The notes under the pieces are model-generated. The model searched no databases. It saw only the letters and a list, made by a program, of their open reading frames with translations, and was not told where the DNA came from. A stretch of 64,000 bases of DNA. It comes from Ramazzottius varieornatus (lineage: Eukaryota > Animalia > Tardigrada). Numbering within the stretch: the first letter of the stretch is position 1; each line of letters begins with the position of its first letter. A program made the translations under genes and the position numbers. Below, piece after piece: positions 25,473 to 36,014 of the stretch. The stretch lies in contig BDGG01000013.1 of NCBI GenBank assembly GCA_001949185.1, positions 248,001-312,000 of the forward strand. Direction: 5' to 3'.

Positions 25473-26100
25473 CTGGGTCGTTATGAGGATTATGATAAAC
25501 CAGCGTTCATAATGGCGATTATGTTCAACCCAGCAGTGGGTTACTCATAACAACCCAAAAATCGCTCACAAAGTCGAAAGATTATGCGATGAGTCATTTG
25601 AACACCGTTTCATCTAACCTCGTCGCCGACTTCGTCGACTTTATGAACGCATCGGGGTAGGCAACCAGCCTAGCCAACCAACTCCATTCTAAAGCGCCCA
25701 CCAGCGCTACTAGCCAAAAAAGGCTAGTAGCTTTCTACCCAGCACTGGTTAATGGTACTGCTCATCCGTTTTTTCTCTCCACCGGGTTGTCATTTTTCCG
25801 AGATCATTTTTTTGACCGAGACGAGAGCAAAAGGGAAAGCAGTCCGTCTTGTTGGGACGATAAGAGAAATGGCGCGAATAGGAATCGCAAATGAAAAGCA
25901 AAGCTCGAAAGTAACTAGCGAGGTTGCGATTGCTGGTTGATCGCATTTTCCACCGTATTTTGTGAACGCTGGTTCGTCGCTCCATTTCAGTTTACTGTGG
26001 GGTTGATTGAAATTTCGCCTACTACATCAACTAGCTTTTTCAAGCGTTCAGAAAGTCTACGTAGTTTCTCGTAACGACCTCGTCACTCACAACGACCCAG
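25473..26100. mobile_element. Degenerate MITE
   Basis: TIR CTGGGTCGTT(A/G)TGAG. TA on the left only. Confidence 0.6.
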
Positions 26101-26541
26101 TCGAGAATATGGCCGTGTACATTTTGCCATAGACTGACTCGGCACTTCTCACTTTTACGGGAGATGAGGTTTCTGGACTTCCGGTGTGTTTCCGCACAGA
26201 TCAGCCGACGCAGATACATTTCTCCTCAATGGTTTGCTACTTGAGTTCTGAAATGGAAGCGATCGGATAATCGTGTGAAGAATGAGAGCGGACAGGCCAT
26301 TTCTCAAGTCCGTGAAATGGAGCTTTAACTCTCTATCAACAGCGCGCCGGAAGTCAGCTATTTCAACGTTATTTTAGCGATTGGAGCTTCTACATCAGGA
26401 GCCATGTTATGTCTGAACTGTCGGACGTCGGTTTTCGCACCTTCGGTATCAACGATTATAGACGATGATGAATGAGTAAGCTGTGAATTTGGTGGTTCGG
26501 ACTTGTCTCCAGTAACTGAACCAGAAAACTGAATGGAAATT

Positions 26542-26686
26542 GTTAACCGGATAAAATCCGGATAAAATTTCTATTCAGGTACCTGGATACGATAAAACAT
26601 CTATCCATCCACATAGTATCCGGATAAGTTTTTATCCATCTGCTTATCTATCCGTTTAACCGTTTATCCATCCGTTAACAACCCTA
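26542..26686. repeat. hAT-like right end with TATCC/GGATA subterminal repeats
   Basis: Cluster of ggata/tatcc repeats ending in AACAACCCTA. Confidence 0.55.
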
Positions 26687-27014
26687 CAGGTCTTCATTTG
26701 TGATACCCAGATACCGGGAGTCGTTCTGTTATCTCTTCTGTGAGATCTATAGCTTCCTTTGTCATTGTATTCTGTCATAGAGTTCGGGATGAGTCGCGGC
26801 TACAGGGTGAGTGACGTGGTGATTTAGATTTCAGAGAGTGCTTCCAATAAAGTACATCAAATCTCCTGATTACAATCCCGCCGCAAACTCCGCCTTTGTT
26901 TTGATTGATTGATTTGCCATATCCTCACGTTCGTAACCGCAATACAACAGAGCATCCACAGTCTGCATGAATTAAAGACTTGATCCGACCCTGTTCTGGT
27001 CTCCTCGGATGGGG

Positions 27015-27402
27015 TCGACGTTCACCGCGCTATCCTCATTGCATCGTCACCAGTCGCCGCCATGTTCGAAGCAAAGCTGAAGGAATGAGAGACTGAACGG
27101 TTAGGTGGTAGGAGAAGCGAAACAGCGGTACTGGGATTTCTGGTCAAGCATATGTACTGTGACAATGCAAAACACAACATTTGAGGAAAAATCGAGCAGA
27201 TCCTTGTGGCTGCGGACCAGTACCAGCTAACAGGCTTGGTCAAGCAATGCCGGGAGCTCCTTATCGACGACATCGACGAGGACGATGTGATGGACTTTCT
27301 GGCCTTTGCCAGCGTAGTGGACGCACCTGTGTTCAAGCCAGTGACAAGTTATGCGAGAAGGAAAGTTTCGAGATGATCAAAGAGGTCATGAGTTTTTTGT
27401 AA
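27015..27402 (+). pseudogene. SPOP-like BTB/BACK pseudogene fragment
   Basis: VHRAILIASSPVAAMFEAKLKE*..QILVAADQYQLTGLVKQCRELLI, with stops and deletions. Confidence 0.75.
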
Positions 27403-27429
27403 GCCGGAAGCCAGTAGTATTTTTCAGTA

Positions 27430-27600
27430 CACGCCCGACAAGAAATTATGGGCCACTAAAAGTTATGGACCATGCCTCTTCGCTGCGGCGGTACGGAAGA
27501 ACGTACGTACGCGACTGATTCACAGTGATACACTTTTCGCCTTTTTTCTACGTATGAATCTCCATTTTGCCGTCTTTTCCGCCTGGCCACAATTGTCCAG
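27430..27600. mobile_element. Degenerate relative of the 3112-3734 pogo MITE
   Basis: tacacgcccgac..gggccactaaaagttatggacc and tttgccgtcttttccgcctggcc are shared with the two ends of 3112-3734. Confidence 0.6.
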
Positions 27601-28329
27601 TACAGCTGTCGAATCGGAAATTATCCAATGTCCGTGTCCAGCGTCTTGTCCAGCTTTCACAACATGGCCAGATATTGCTTTTGAAAACCGGCAAGAGTCT
27701 GTTAGACAGATAGAACATCAGCCAAGTTTTGTATGTCTGTACGAGCTCGTGTATTACGTTTGAAAGTGTTCCGCCGGAAACCGCAAAGTCATACCAAAAG
27801 ACCTAATACGTTTTGCGACCGAATTCCCCATTACTGTCCGTGTACTATACTGTTATGTGGTTCAAAGTTGGCTGTTTGGACGAACTACCGACTTTGTCCG
27901 GTACGAGGAGAACATAGCGGACTTGTCAATGCAAAATTGCGTGGCCAACTTGTCAGCTTTCAGGCCGTGCGGTGGCGACAGGTCCAATTGCCTCACCTAC
28001 GGCAACTAACGAAACGCGACACGCACGCCCAATCGGCTCGCCGAACTGGCTTTTTAACATTGGAGAAACCTGTCTTCCTGTTAGGCCCGTCAAAAGGCTC
28101 CCCTGTATTCTCTTTAGCTTCTGGACCAGAACGGTGAGATTTCACAAGGTGTTTTCTATCTGAAAAACCGAGAAAAAGGCAGGAACGACCCAGTACTTCG
28201 TCAGGTCCGACAATGACAAGTTGGCCATGCGATTTTGCATTGACAAGTCTGCTATGCTCACCTCGTACGTCGTAAAAGCCAAGGTTAATACTATGTATTG
28301 TATTGATGGTGCGCTGTCAGGAAGACCAT

Positions 28330-28880
28330 CAGCTAAATCCCAAAACACTTCGCTCGCAATGACGTTAGCGACCTCAAACGGCAGTCGTATAAGATAAGAG
28401 GCGTAGCGATAGTGTGGAGAAAGCTGTCCACTGTCACCGTGCCATCTTGATTGCTCGTTCGCCGGTCTTCGCCGCCATGTTCTATGTCAAAGCTGGAAAA
28501 ATGCCAAACTGGACGATGCCACATCAAGGACGTCAAGGCATCCGTGTTGAATGTCGTAGTCAGGCATATATACTACGAGTACTCGGAAGCCGAGATCAGC
28601 AAAAACACGGAAGAGGTCTTCGTGGCGTTTGACCAGCTGACAACTTTGGTCAAGCAGTGAGAGCAGCATCTTATCAAAAAGTTGACTGCGGAGAACGTCA
28701 TGGATTTTCTATACCTGGCCGATGAAATCACGGCGCCTTCTCTGAAGAATGCCGCTTTCAACTTTATCAAAGCCAATCCCGCAGCGCTGAAGGGGATTGA
28801 CTCGGGAGCCATCAAGAAGCTGTGCGAGAGACTATAGTCTCTTGAATTGGTTGCCGAAGCCTTCACTTTTTCTCCTTAGT
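28330..28880 (+). pseudogene. SPOP-like BTB/BACK pseudogene
   Basis: VHCHRAILIARSPVFAAMF, IKDVKASVL..RHIY, LTAENVMDFLYLADEITAPSLKNAAFNFIKAN, with a frameshift and stops. Confidence 0.8.
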
Positions 28881-29012
28881 TGAATGTTACCGTCTTCGCC
28901 AAATCATCGCATCTGACTTAGTCCCATTAATACTTCGTCTTCTGTCAGAATCTCGCTTTACTAGTTTACTTGCTTTCTACCGAAGCACCAAGTAGTCTTA
29001 GGGTGATGAACT

Positions 29013-29134
29013 GGGAGCTCGACAAACCAGCTCGACAAGATCGTTTTTTCAAGTGACGCATGCTTCCAGCCAATGCCACTGAGTGGATGCGCCATTTGGG
29101 AAAACGACCAGATCGAGTTTGTTTGCCGAGTCCC
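29013..29134. repeat. Palindrome family A, well-preserved full-length copy, just 3' of the small hydrophilic gene
   Basis: GGGAGCTCGACAAACCAGCTCGACAAGATCGTTTTTTCAAGTGACGCAT-loop-ATGCGCCATTTGGGAAAACGACCAGATCGAGTTTGTTTGCCGAGTCCC. Confidence 0.85.
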
Positions 29135-29407
29135 CAACCGATGTCACAGAATGACTGGAACTCAGTTTTACTCATTATTACATTCCTGATCATTCCCAAA
29201 GATGTTGAAAACGACGGTACTGGATTATCAAAGTATAAACGGAAACACAGAAAAGCGATGAAGCCAACTTATCCTGACCCAATGAACCCCTATGCTGTCG
29301 ATAGACCCAGCAACAACGATCTCGTGGAATTCGCGCACTACGTCATCATGATCGAGCAAACGAAAGGACTGATTGGACACAAAATGCGCGAGCTGAGCAG
29401 ATACAGC

Positions 29408-29861
29408 TCAATTGTGCTGATTCTTGTTATGCTGCTTCTCAGACTCGAACTGGTAAGCTGGCTCTTCATCCTTGGGCAATCCGTGTCCATGGGAGGTATG
29501 TTGCTTATCACGCGATCCAGTATGGCCAGACTTTCCCTCTTGATTCTTGTGAGTGTCAGCAGTCGGAGCTCCGGTCTCGTCCGTAACGTGTGTGTCTTCG
29601 CCTTTGCCCATCTTTCCGTGGTTGTCAGCTTCGGGATCCTTTCCAGCGTGACTCTTTCCGCCAGAAATGCGATCGTCGGGCTTGGCTGGAACACTGGCTC
29701 TCACTGGCAAGAAGCAAGAGCGTTTCTCAAATTCGTATGCCGGTGAGAACGACGTAATGCAAAAGGCACTTACTCTTCTCCTTGGTATGGATGTCTCCTG
29801 AATCGTTCACGCGGCCGGCATGTTCGGCGTACTTCTCAGCGGCGTCTCCGGAATCCGACAT
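29408..29861 (-). CDS. Small (~127 aa) highly hydrophilic, probably disordered protein of unknown family
   Basis: Exon 29861-29774 (MSDSGDAAEK..HTKEK), GTAAGT..TTGCCAG intron, and exon 29703-29408 join in frame. Rich in G/H/D/K/E, no Cys or Trp. Confidence 0.7.
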
Positions 29862-30846
29862 ACTGAAGCTGATTTGGGCTAGGAAGTGAGAAAGATAATC
29901 TGCAGAGGAACGTGTAAGATATCGGGGATCGGGAACAAAATTATGAAGCAACACTCCGAATTTCTCTTTTCTAAGTTCGAGTAGCGCATACGATTCGATT
30001 GATTGCACAAAACCCCTTGACTGAAGAAAATAATTACTGTTCGCGGAATTTTCCACGTGGAGTATATGCCGTTTCGCCATCCATATAGCAATTCATCAGC
30101 ATATTTCCGCTAGATACGAAACCGATGTGATAATCGGTGGTTCAAGTCTTCAACTGCTCGCTTTTTACCGTCTAGCTCATATACTGTAGTTAGCTGCTGT
30201 CAATAGTGTTCGGCTCTATACTGCTATCACGTAGAGTTCCACTTACTTTTACCACCAGAAGCCACGGGGTTTTGTGCCTCATAACTTGGTTTCTTGGGGC
30301 TTCAGGCCGATTTTTCTGCCCTAGTTTTTGACTGGCTGTTCAAAACGTGACGTATCAGCACGTTGCAGAACTGGGCACAAGGCGGCAATTCGCGGGGCGG
30401 CACCCTTACGGGTACTGCTACGGCCGAGGGAGGCTCTAAAAGGGAAGAAAACGGGACCTGGGATGATGGTAGCGCGTATCCCAAGTTCCCAACCATTAGT
30501 GCAGGTGTGTTATGGTGTGCCAGCCCGGAATTACTCCCTGTGACTCCGAATGCAATGCCATAGCCTTATCTCCTTCTTTTGTGACCTACTTTCGGTTCTC
30601 CTCAGTCACATTCCATTCACAAGCTTATCTCCCCTAATGTTGTACTTTGCCCTTCACTGGGCAAAGTTCAGTAGAGGGGTCCAGACACAAACTTACGAAC
30701 AAAACCAGCTCCGCAATGACAGCTCGTGCCCAAAAATTCCATGTTAGACCACCTGAAGTGGTTTGACATGGGACAACATGGGGTATGAAGTCGCATGCAA
30801 GGTTTATTTGTAACCTCTGCGAACATTACGTAATAGCCTCACACTA

Positions 30847-31276
30847 AGGCTTACAAAGACTAAGCTGGCTTGGTGGTGTAATTACACCAGCTACTTTGGT
30901 GGATACGCCCAGAAATTTTTTTCACCAGTTAGGAAAGCGGTGCAACGGCTAGCTTTGAAAGCCCCGCACTGCAGGTAAGTACGATCAGAGGATTATGAGA
31001 TCTTTGATGTCGGAGGAACCACCATACACTCACCAGTAGGACGGGTAGCGAGAAACTTCGTCAGAGAAGTGACATTCGAAAGTTTGGAGGGGAGCACAGC
31101 GCACTCGGAATGTTCGTTAAGTCTGGTGTAATTACGAGTCTTTCCGGAGCGACTCGTAATTACACCGAAATTGTAATGTCTGGTGGAATGAATAGGCCAA
31201 TCGTAAGGGTGTGAGTGGAGCCAATTACACCGGCGTTGTAATTCCACCAGCGGTGTAATCTATCTTTGTAGGCCCT
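30847..31276. mobile_element. MITE with internal GGTGTAATTACACC palindromic motifs
   Basis: Ends AGGCTTACAAAGAC and ATCTTTGTAGGCCCT, flanked by TA. Multiple GGTG(T/G)AAT / ATTACACC copies inside. Confidence 0.6.
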
Positions 31277-31702
31277 TACTGTATCGGCGGCAATAAAATT
31301 TATTTTGTCTAGAGGCATTAGGTTTTTTGGGCCACGTGGTCCCTAGCAGGGCCGCGTTGTTGCACGTGTGCTCAGCGGAGAAAAGTGTACTCGGTGGTGT
31401 TCGAGAATCCAGGCTCGCATTGCTTACCTGCAAATTGAATGTACGCCACCGTACAACACTGGTCAGATGCAGCCCACGTACGTACAATCGAACTGCAAAA
31501 ACTTGAAGAAAGCTGTACAAAGTCTGCCTTTATTCGGAGAAAGTGATTCAGTGAACGAAAGCGCGGGTTCAGTACGGATTGATTGTTTGACGTAGCGTGC
31601 TCAGAAAACCACAACAAACTGAACTTCCAGTACTTCCGTTGGGATTCAGAGTTTGTCCTCCAGGAATCTGTAAGCTCATTCCAATCCACGTGCGTGTCAT
31701 CG

Positions 31703-34700
31703 ATGGCTCTGATAGACCTGTCTGATTGTTACGATCCTCCGTCCATCCACATTCGACCCTGTGAGGAGCTGGACATCACACCGACGTCATGCAGCAAGAC
31801 GCTGCAGCAAATCCGAGCAGTGGTCCTGTCGGATGGCGACCACTCACCGGAAATCTCGTCTATCCACGACGTCACTGCATCTGGTGATACCTCCGTAAGT
31901 TAGACACGTTTACTCTGGCACTTGTGAACCCACCCGTAGAGTGGTTGACTGGTGTGTATAGTCTTTCAGAGAATTATATGGCTTCGAGGTGCTGGAGCAA
32001 GCTGCTGAAGAGCACGACTCCTTCATCTCCTCCGTCTCTTACGCTACCCGTCTTTGGTCGCAACATGGGTTATCCTTGATGCCCCCCAGCTCTTTCGAAG
32101 AACAACCACCGGCGACAACAGAGAAGGACTTTCTCAATGTGGAGGAGTTGAATTCCGAACCGAACGCTCAAGCTCGTAGGCGACATTACCTACTAGCATT
32201 CGTCTTGTCGTTCGGCTACCATAGGCTTTTAGTATGCAGGTGGACGAGACCGTCTCTACCTTCTGTAGATGTTCGTCGTGCACCTACATTTTTCCGGCCT
32301 CGTAGTATACGGACATGGCTCAGTATGTAGGATGTTGCCATATTTTTTGGGTTTTCTTGTTCGTTCCAGAAACTGAATCGGTGACGAACTCAGGTCGAGG
32401 AGAGGCCACGGACTGTACGGAAGACCTCTCTGAAGATGAGAGCCCAGTGAAGCCTTCAGAAGATACTCCTTTGATCGCACCGAACGTTGCACGAGACAAT
32501 GACGAAGAAGATAGCGACCACAACGACAACGATGACACACAAAGCATAGGCAGCGTCTCCGAGTTCCACGACAGCCTACCCGTCGTTACGACTGCCTCCA
32601 CACCTCACGCCAAACACAACATGCCAGCACGAGATTTGAACAATTTCGATGACGTATCCGAAAGAACAGAAAAGTCCGAAGAGAAGCGGAACAACAGCAG
32701 GGACTCGAAAGTCGTCCGACAACTCTTTCTTCCGTCTAGTGAAGAGTCCAGTCAAGTCCAGTCAAGTGCTGAACAAGAAGGACGAATTCCACACCGAAAG
32801 AAGTCTACTACGGATTCAAAGAAGACTACGGCGTCTTCGGCGACGAGCACTAGTGGTGGAACAAGGAGCATCAAGCCGATCGGGAATCGACAAGCTAGGA
32901 TGCATACAGCCAGAGCGGTGAAGTTGGAGGACGGCGTCTTGGCCACCCATATGCAGTCCAAAGTAGCCGAACTCAAGAGTGAGATCGCGAAGTTCAAGAC
33001 GGAGAACGCGAAGCTGATGAAAAGTAGATTGGAATACGATGCGGTAAGGAACTTGATTATGTGAAAATCATCGAACAACAAAACTGGTAAATCGACAAGC
33101 AGACTCGGCAAGGTTGTTTTTTCTTCTTCCGGTGACGCATGCTATTAGCCAATACTGCTGAAAGCGTGCACCACTTGACAAAACCACCTTGCCGATGTTG
33201 TCCAAATGATGCTACTGACGCCAAGAACGTGCCCACTTGGTGAAACAACCTCGTCAAGGTTATCCAAGTGACGCACAGCCCCAGCTAATGACACCGGAAG
33301 CGTGCGCCACTTTGGATATAAAATTCGTCGAGACTGTTTGCCGAGCTCCTGGAATTTAATGATGATATTTTTCGTACAGCTAGTGAAGCTGCTGAACAAG
33401 GAGAAGGACGAATTCTACACCGAAAGAAGTTTTCACTTGAAAGAACTGGAGGAACGAAAACGGCAGGAGATGAAGAAAGTGGAGATGGAGAGGAAGATTA
33501 TCCAGAAGCATGTGACGTTTCAGAAGGAAGACGAACTGAGACGGATAGCAGCACATAACCAAGAACTCAGTACCGAGGTAACTTTCTATCATTCTTGAAA
33601 TCTCCAGACCGAGCTGATGCTCAGCGAAGAATTATAGAGGGTTGTTCGGAAGTCGGTTCTTTTCGTAGGTAGATAATCTGCGGGAAGAACTACGGAAAGC
33701 CGATGGTCGTCACAACGCCGTCGCTCAATGGCTTCGGGACCGTATAAAAGCCCTGGAAGCCGACAACGATCGTCTCAAGGACCAGAACGATGTCTTGTCG
33801 GAAGATAAACAAGAGCTGGTTCGACAAGTTATCCGCGTACGCTTCAATGTTGCTTTGGAACAAAAACAAAAATCGTTGCGGCTTTCAACTGGTTATTTTC
33901 GACTTCGAAATCTTAATGTTTGAACAGTCAATTTTTTGACATATGTTTTGCCATTCCTTCAAACTGATGGAACTGTATCGACTTTTTCCCATGTCATTTC
34001 TGTGATGCGTTGCCTGAAGCACGTGAGTAATCTTTGTTCTGCAGTTGTCGAAGGGTGGAAAAGAAATTCCGACCAACAAACAAGCGCCACTGACACCAGC
34101 CTCTAACGCAGATACCTCCATAATTCCCTCCACTCCATCGAGTGATGCGCCAGCCGGACTTCCCAAGAAGGCAGAGAAGATCAAGAACGATTGCGAGGGA
34201 ACCAGTTCGCCGAAGAACGTTCGCTTCGACCCTGACTCGGTCCAGCACATTTCCCTCAACGACGACTCCCTTCTTTCACAAGCCCAGGAACAAGTCGAAG
34301 CTAATGGCACCGTAAGTCACAATGTACCATCACATGGAGGGTCGGCAAACGATACGTGCAAGATTGTTTTTTCGAGTGACGCACTCTTCCAACCAATAAC
34401 AATGAGAACTTGCGCCACTTAATATGACAGTGTAGTACGTCCGGACTGCGGTGCCGACATCCTAGATCACTCCTTTCAGCCTTACTTAACGGGAAGCTTC
34501 AAGTTCGGAGCTGACTCTTGACTTTGCAGGTTGAGCAAAGATTCAAAGATGGAAGGGTAGTCCGGAAGTACAAGAATGGAACCCGGAAGGAAATCAGTCG
34601 GGATGGTAAATGCTCAACGACCACGTATTTCAACGGCGACGTCCGTCAAGTCCTTCCCGACAAAGAGGTATCGCTTTGTGACATACTGTTTGAACTTACA

Positions 34701-35413
34701 AAACGAGAAAGTGTGGTTTTTAATTCAGGTGTATTACTACGCTTCGAATCAGACGGTGCACACGATCTATCCAGATGGCAGCAACGTCTACCAGTTTGCA
34801 AAGTAGAGAATGCTTGACGGCACATTTGGTCATTTTTCTACGGTATTTTGGCAGAACGGTATCGTTCTTTGCAGTAATCAAACAGAGAAGAACCTGGTGG
34901 ATGGTAGCCGGGAAATCCAGTACGGCGACATGCTGATCAAGACGGTGTACCCCAACGGTGACGAACAATGCAAGTATCCAGACGGTAATGTGGAGTATTG
35001 GAGCGAGAAGGACCAAACCAGGACTATCTACTTCTCGAATGGCGAAGTCGAAACCCACACTAAAGAATGGAAGGTGCGTTAGGGTTACTCAAAGTGGCGC
35101 ACCTTTGCGTGGTTATGGGCTGGGAGTGTGCGTTACTTGAGACAACGAGCTTGCATCTTTCGTTTGCCGGCTTCCCAAATACCTTGATTTGCAAAACAAC
35201 ACTGGATATGGGCTGTATTTTCAGAGAAGGGATTTTCCTGATGGGTCGCAAAAGACAGTCTTCGCCAGTGGACGGTGTGAGACGCGGTATGCGAATGGCA
35301 GGATACGGATAAAAAATAGTCACGGTAAACTAGTGTTCGACACGGAAGGTATTTCTGATCATGATAACTCAGACGGAAAATTTTCTTCGAGTCCTGTAAA
35401 GTTAATCAGGTAA
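31703..35413 (+). CDS. CENPJ: Centriolar protein SAS-4/CPAP/CENP-J (disordered N-terminus, coiled coil, TCP/Tcp10_C domain)
   Basis: About 11 exons. C-terminal PDG/NG beta-hairpin repeats (KNGTRKEIS.DG, YFNGDV, VYYYA..QT.HT.YPDG, RRDFPDGS.KTVF.SG..ETRYANGRIRIK..HG.LV.D). 5' exons less certain. Confidence 0.85.
33088..33349. repeat. Family A tandem array, 2-3 cores (CENPJ intron)
   Basis: ggtgacgcat..gtgcaccacttg; gtgcccacttgg; ccaagtgacgcac..gtgcgccactttgg..gtttgccgagctcc. Confidence 0.8.
34335..34462. repeat. Family A copy (CENPJ intron)
   Basis: ggtcggcaaac..caagattgttttttcgagtgacgcac-tcttccaaccaataacaatgagaac-ttgcgccacttaa..gtgccgacatcc. Confidence 0.75.
35081..35175. repeat. Family A copy (CENPJ last intron)
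   Basis: caaagtggcgcac..gtgcgttacttgag..cgtttgccggcttccc. Confidence 0.75.
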
Positions 35414-36014
35414 ATCTTTTTTTTAAATTCTTTTTTGTTAAGCGATTTTCCTGTCGTTTATGTTTTCCGACATCTTAACTTTCAAATTTGTAAACAATTG
35501 ACACCGTTGAGAGTCTTTCGACAGACGGTGTATAGACTTACACGCGTAGCACGAGGTTTTTCTTCAAGTAACCGTATCATCTTGACGAAGGGATCGAATG
35601 ACTGAGCTATCGAGGTTCTCTTCTTCTTTCTTGATTCTCTTGACCGACCTTCCCTCTTCTTACCATCGTTCTTACTGCCACTCTGCCTCAAGACAAGGGC
35701 GTTTGACTTTGTCCGACTCTTTTGATTTCGAGGAAAAGTTCTTTTGTGCGATTAAAAGACGGACCAGAAGAGAGACTAAAAGTCGAACGCGGATGCGCTG
35801 ATAAGACGCTGACGGAGCCATGATAGCCATCGGCCTATCGTCTTGACAGAACGACGTTAGGCGAAAGTCCGGTGCATAGTCCAAATTTCGTTCAGACTGA
35901 TTACGCCATCTTGACCAACGTTTCGAGTAGAAACTACACTGATGAGAGATCGCATAGGCGCGCTACTTCTAACTTTCTGGTTGTATATTTTATATTTGAT
36001 ATTTGGCGAGAAGA

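Larger units (their letters stand above)
24487..26324. mobile_element. TIR-bounded non-autonomous element (Harbinger-like ends) with nested insertions
   Basis: CCATTTCACGGACTTGAGAAATGGCCT at ~24491 is inverted at ~26294-26320. TSD unclear. Confidence 0.7.

Noticed and set aside
25447-25520. TAGTGGTAG A-box-like motif suggesting a tRNA or SINE
   Set aside because: No B-box or cloverleaf, and it runs into a MITE TIR.
29060-29746. 228-aa plus-strand ORF with hydrophobic stretches
   Set aside because: It starts inside a family A repeat and is antisense to the better-supported spliced hydrophilic gene.
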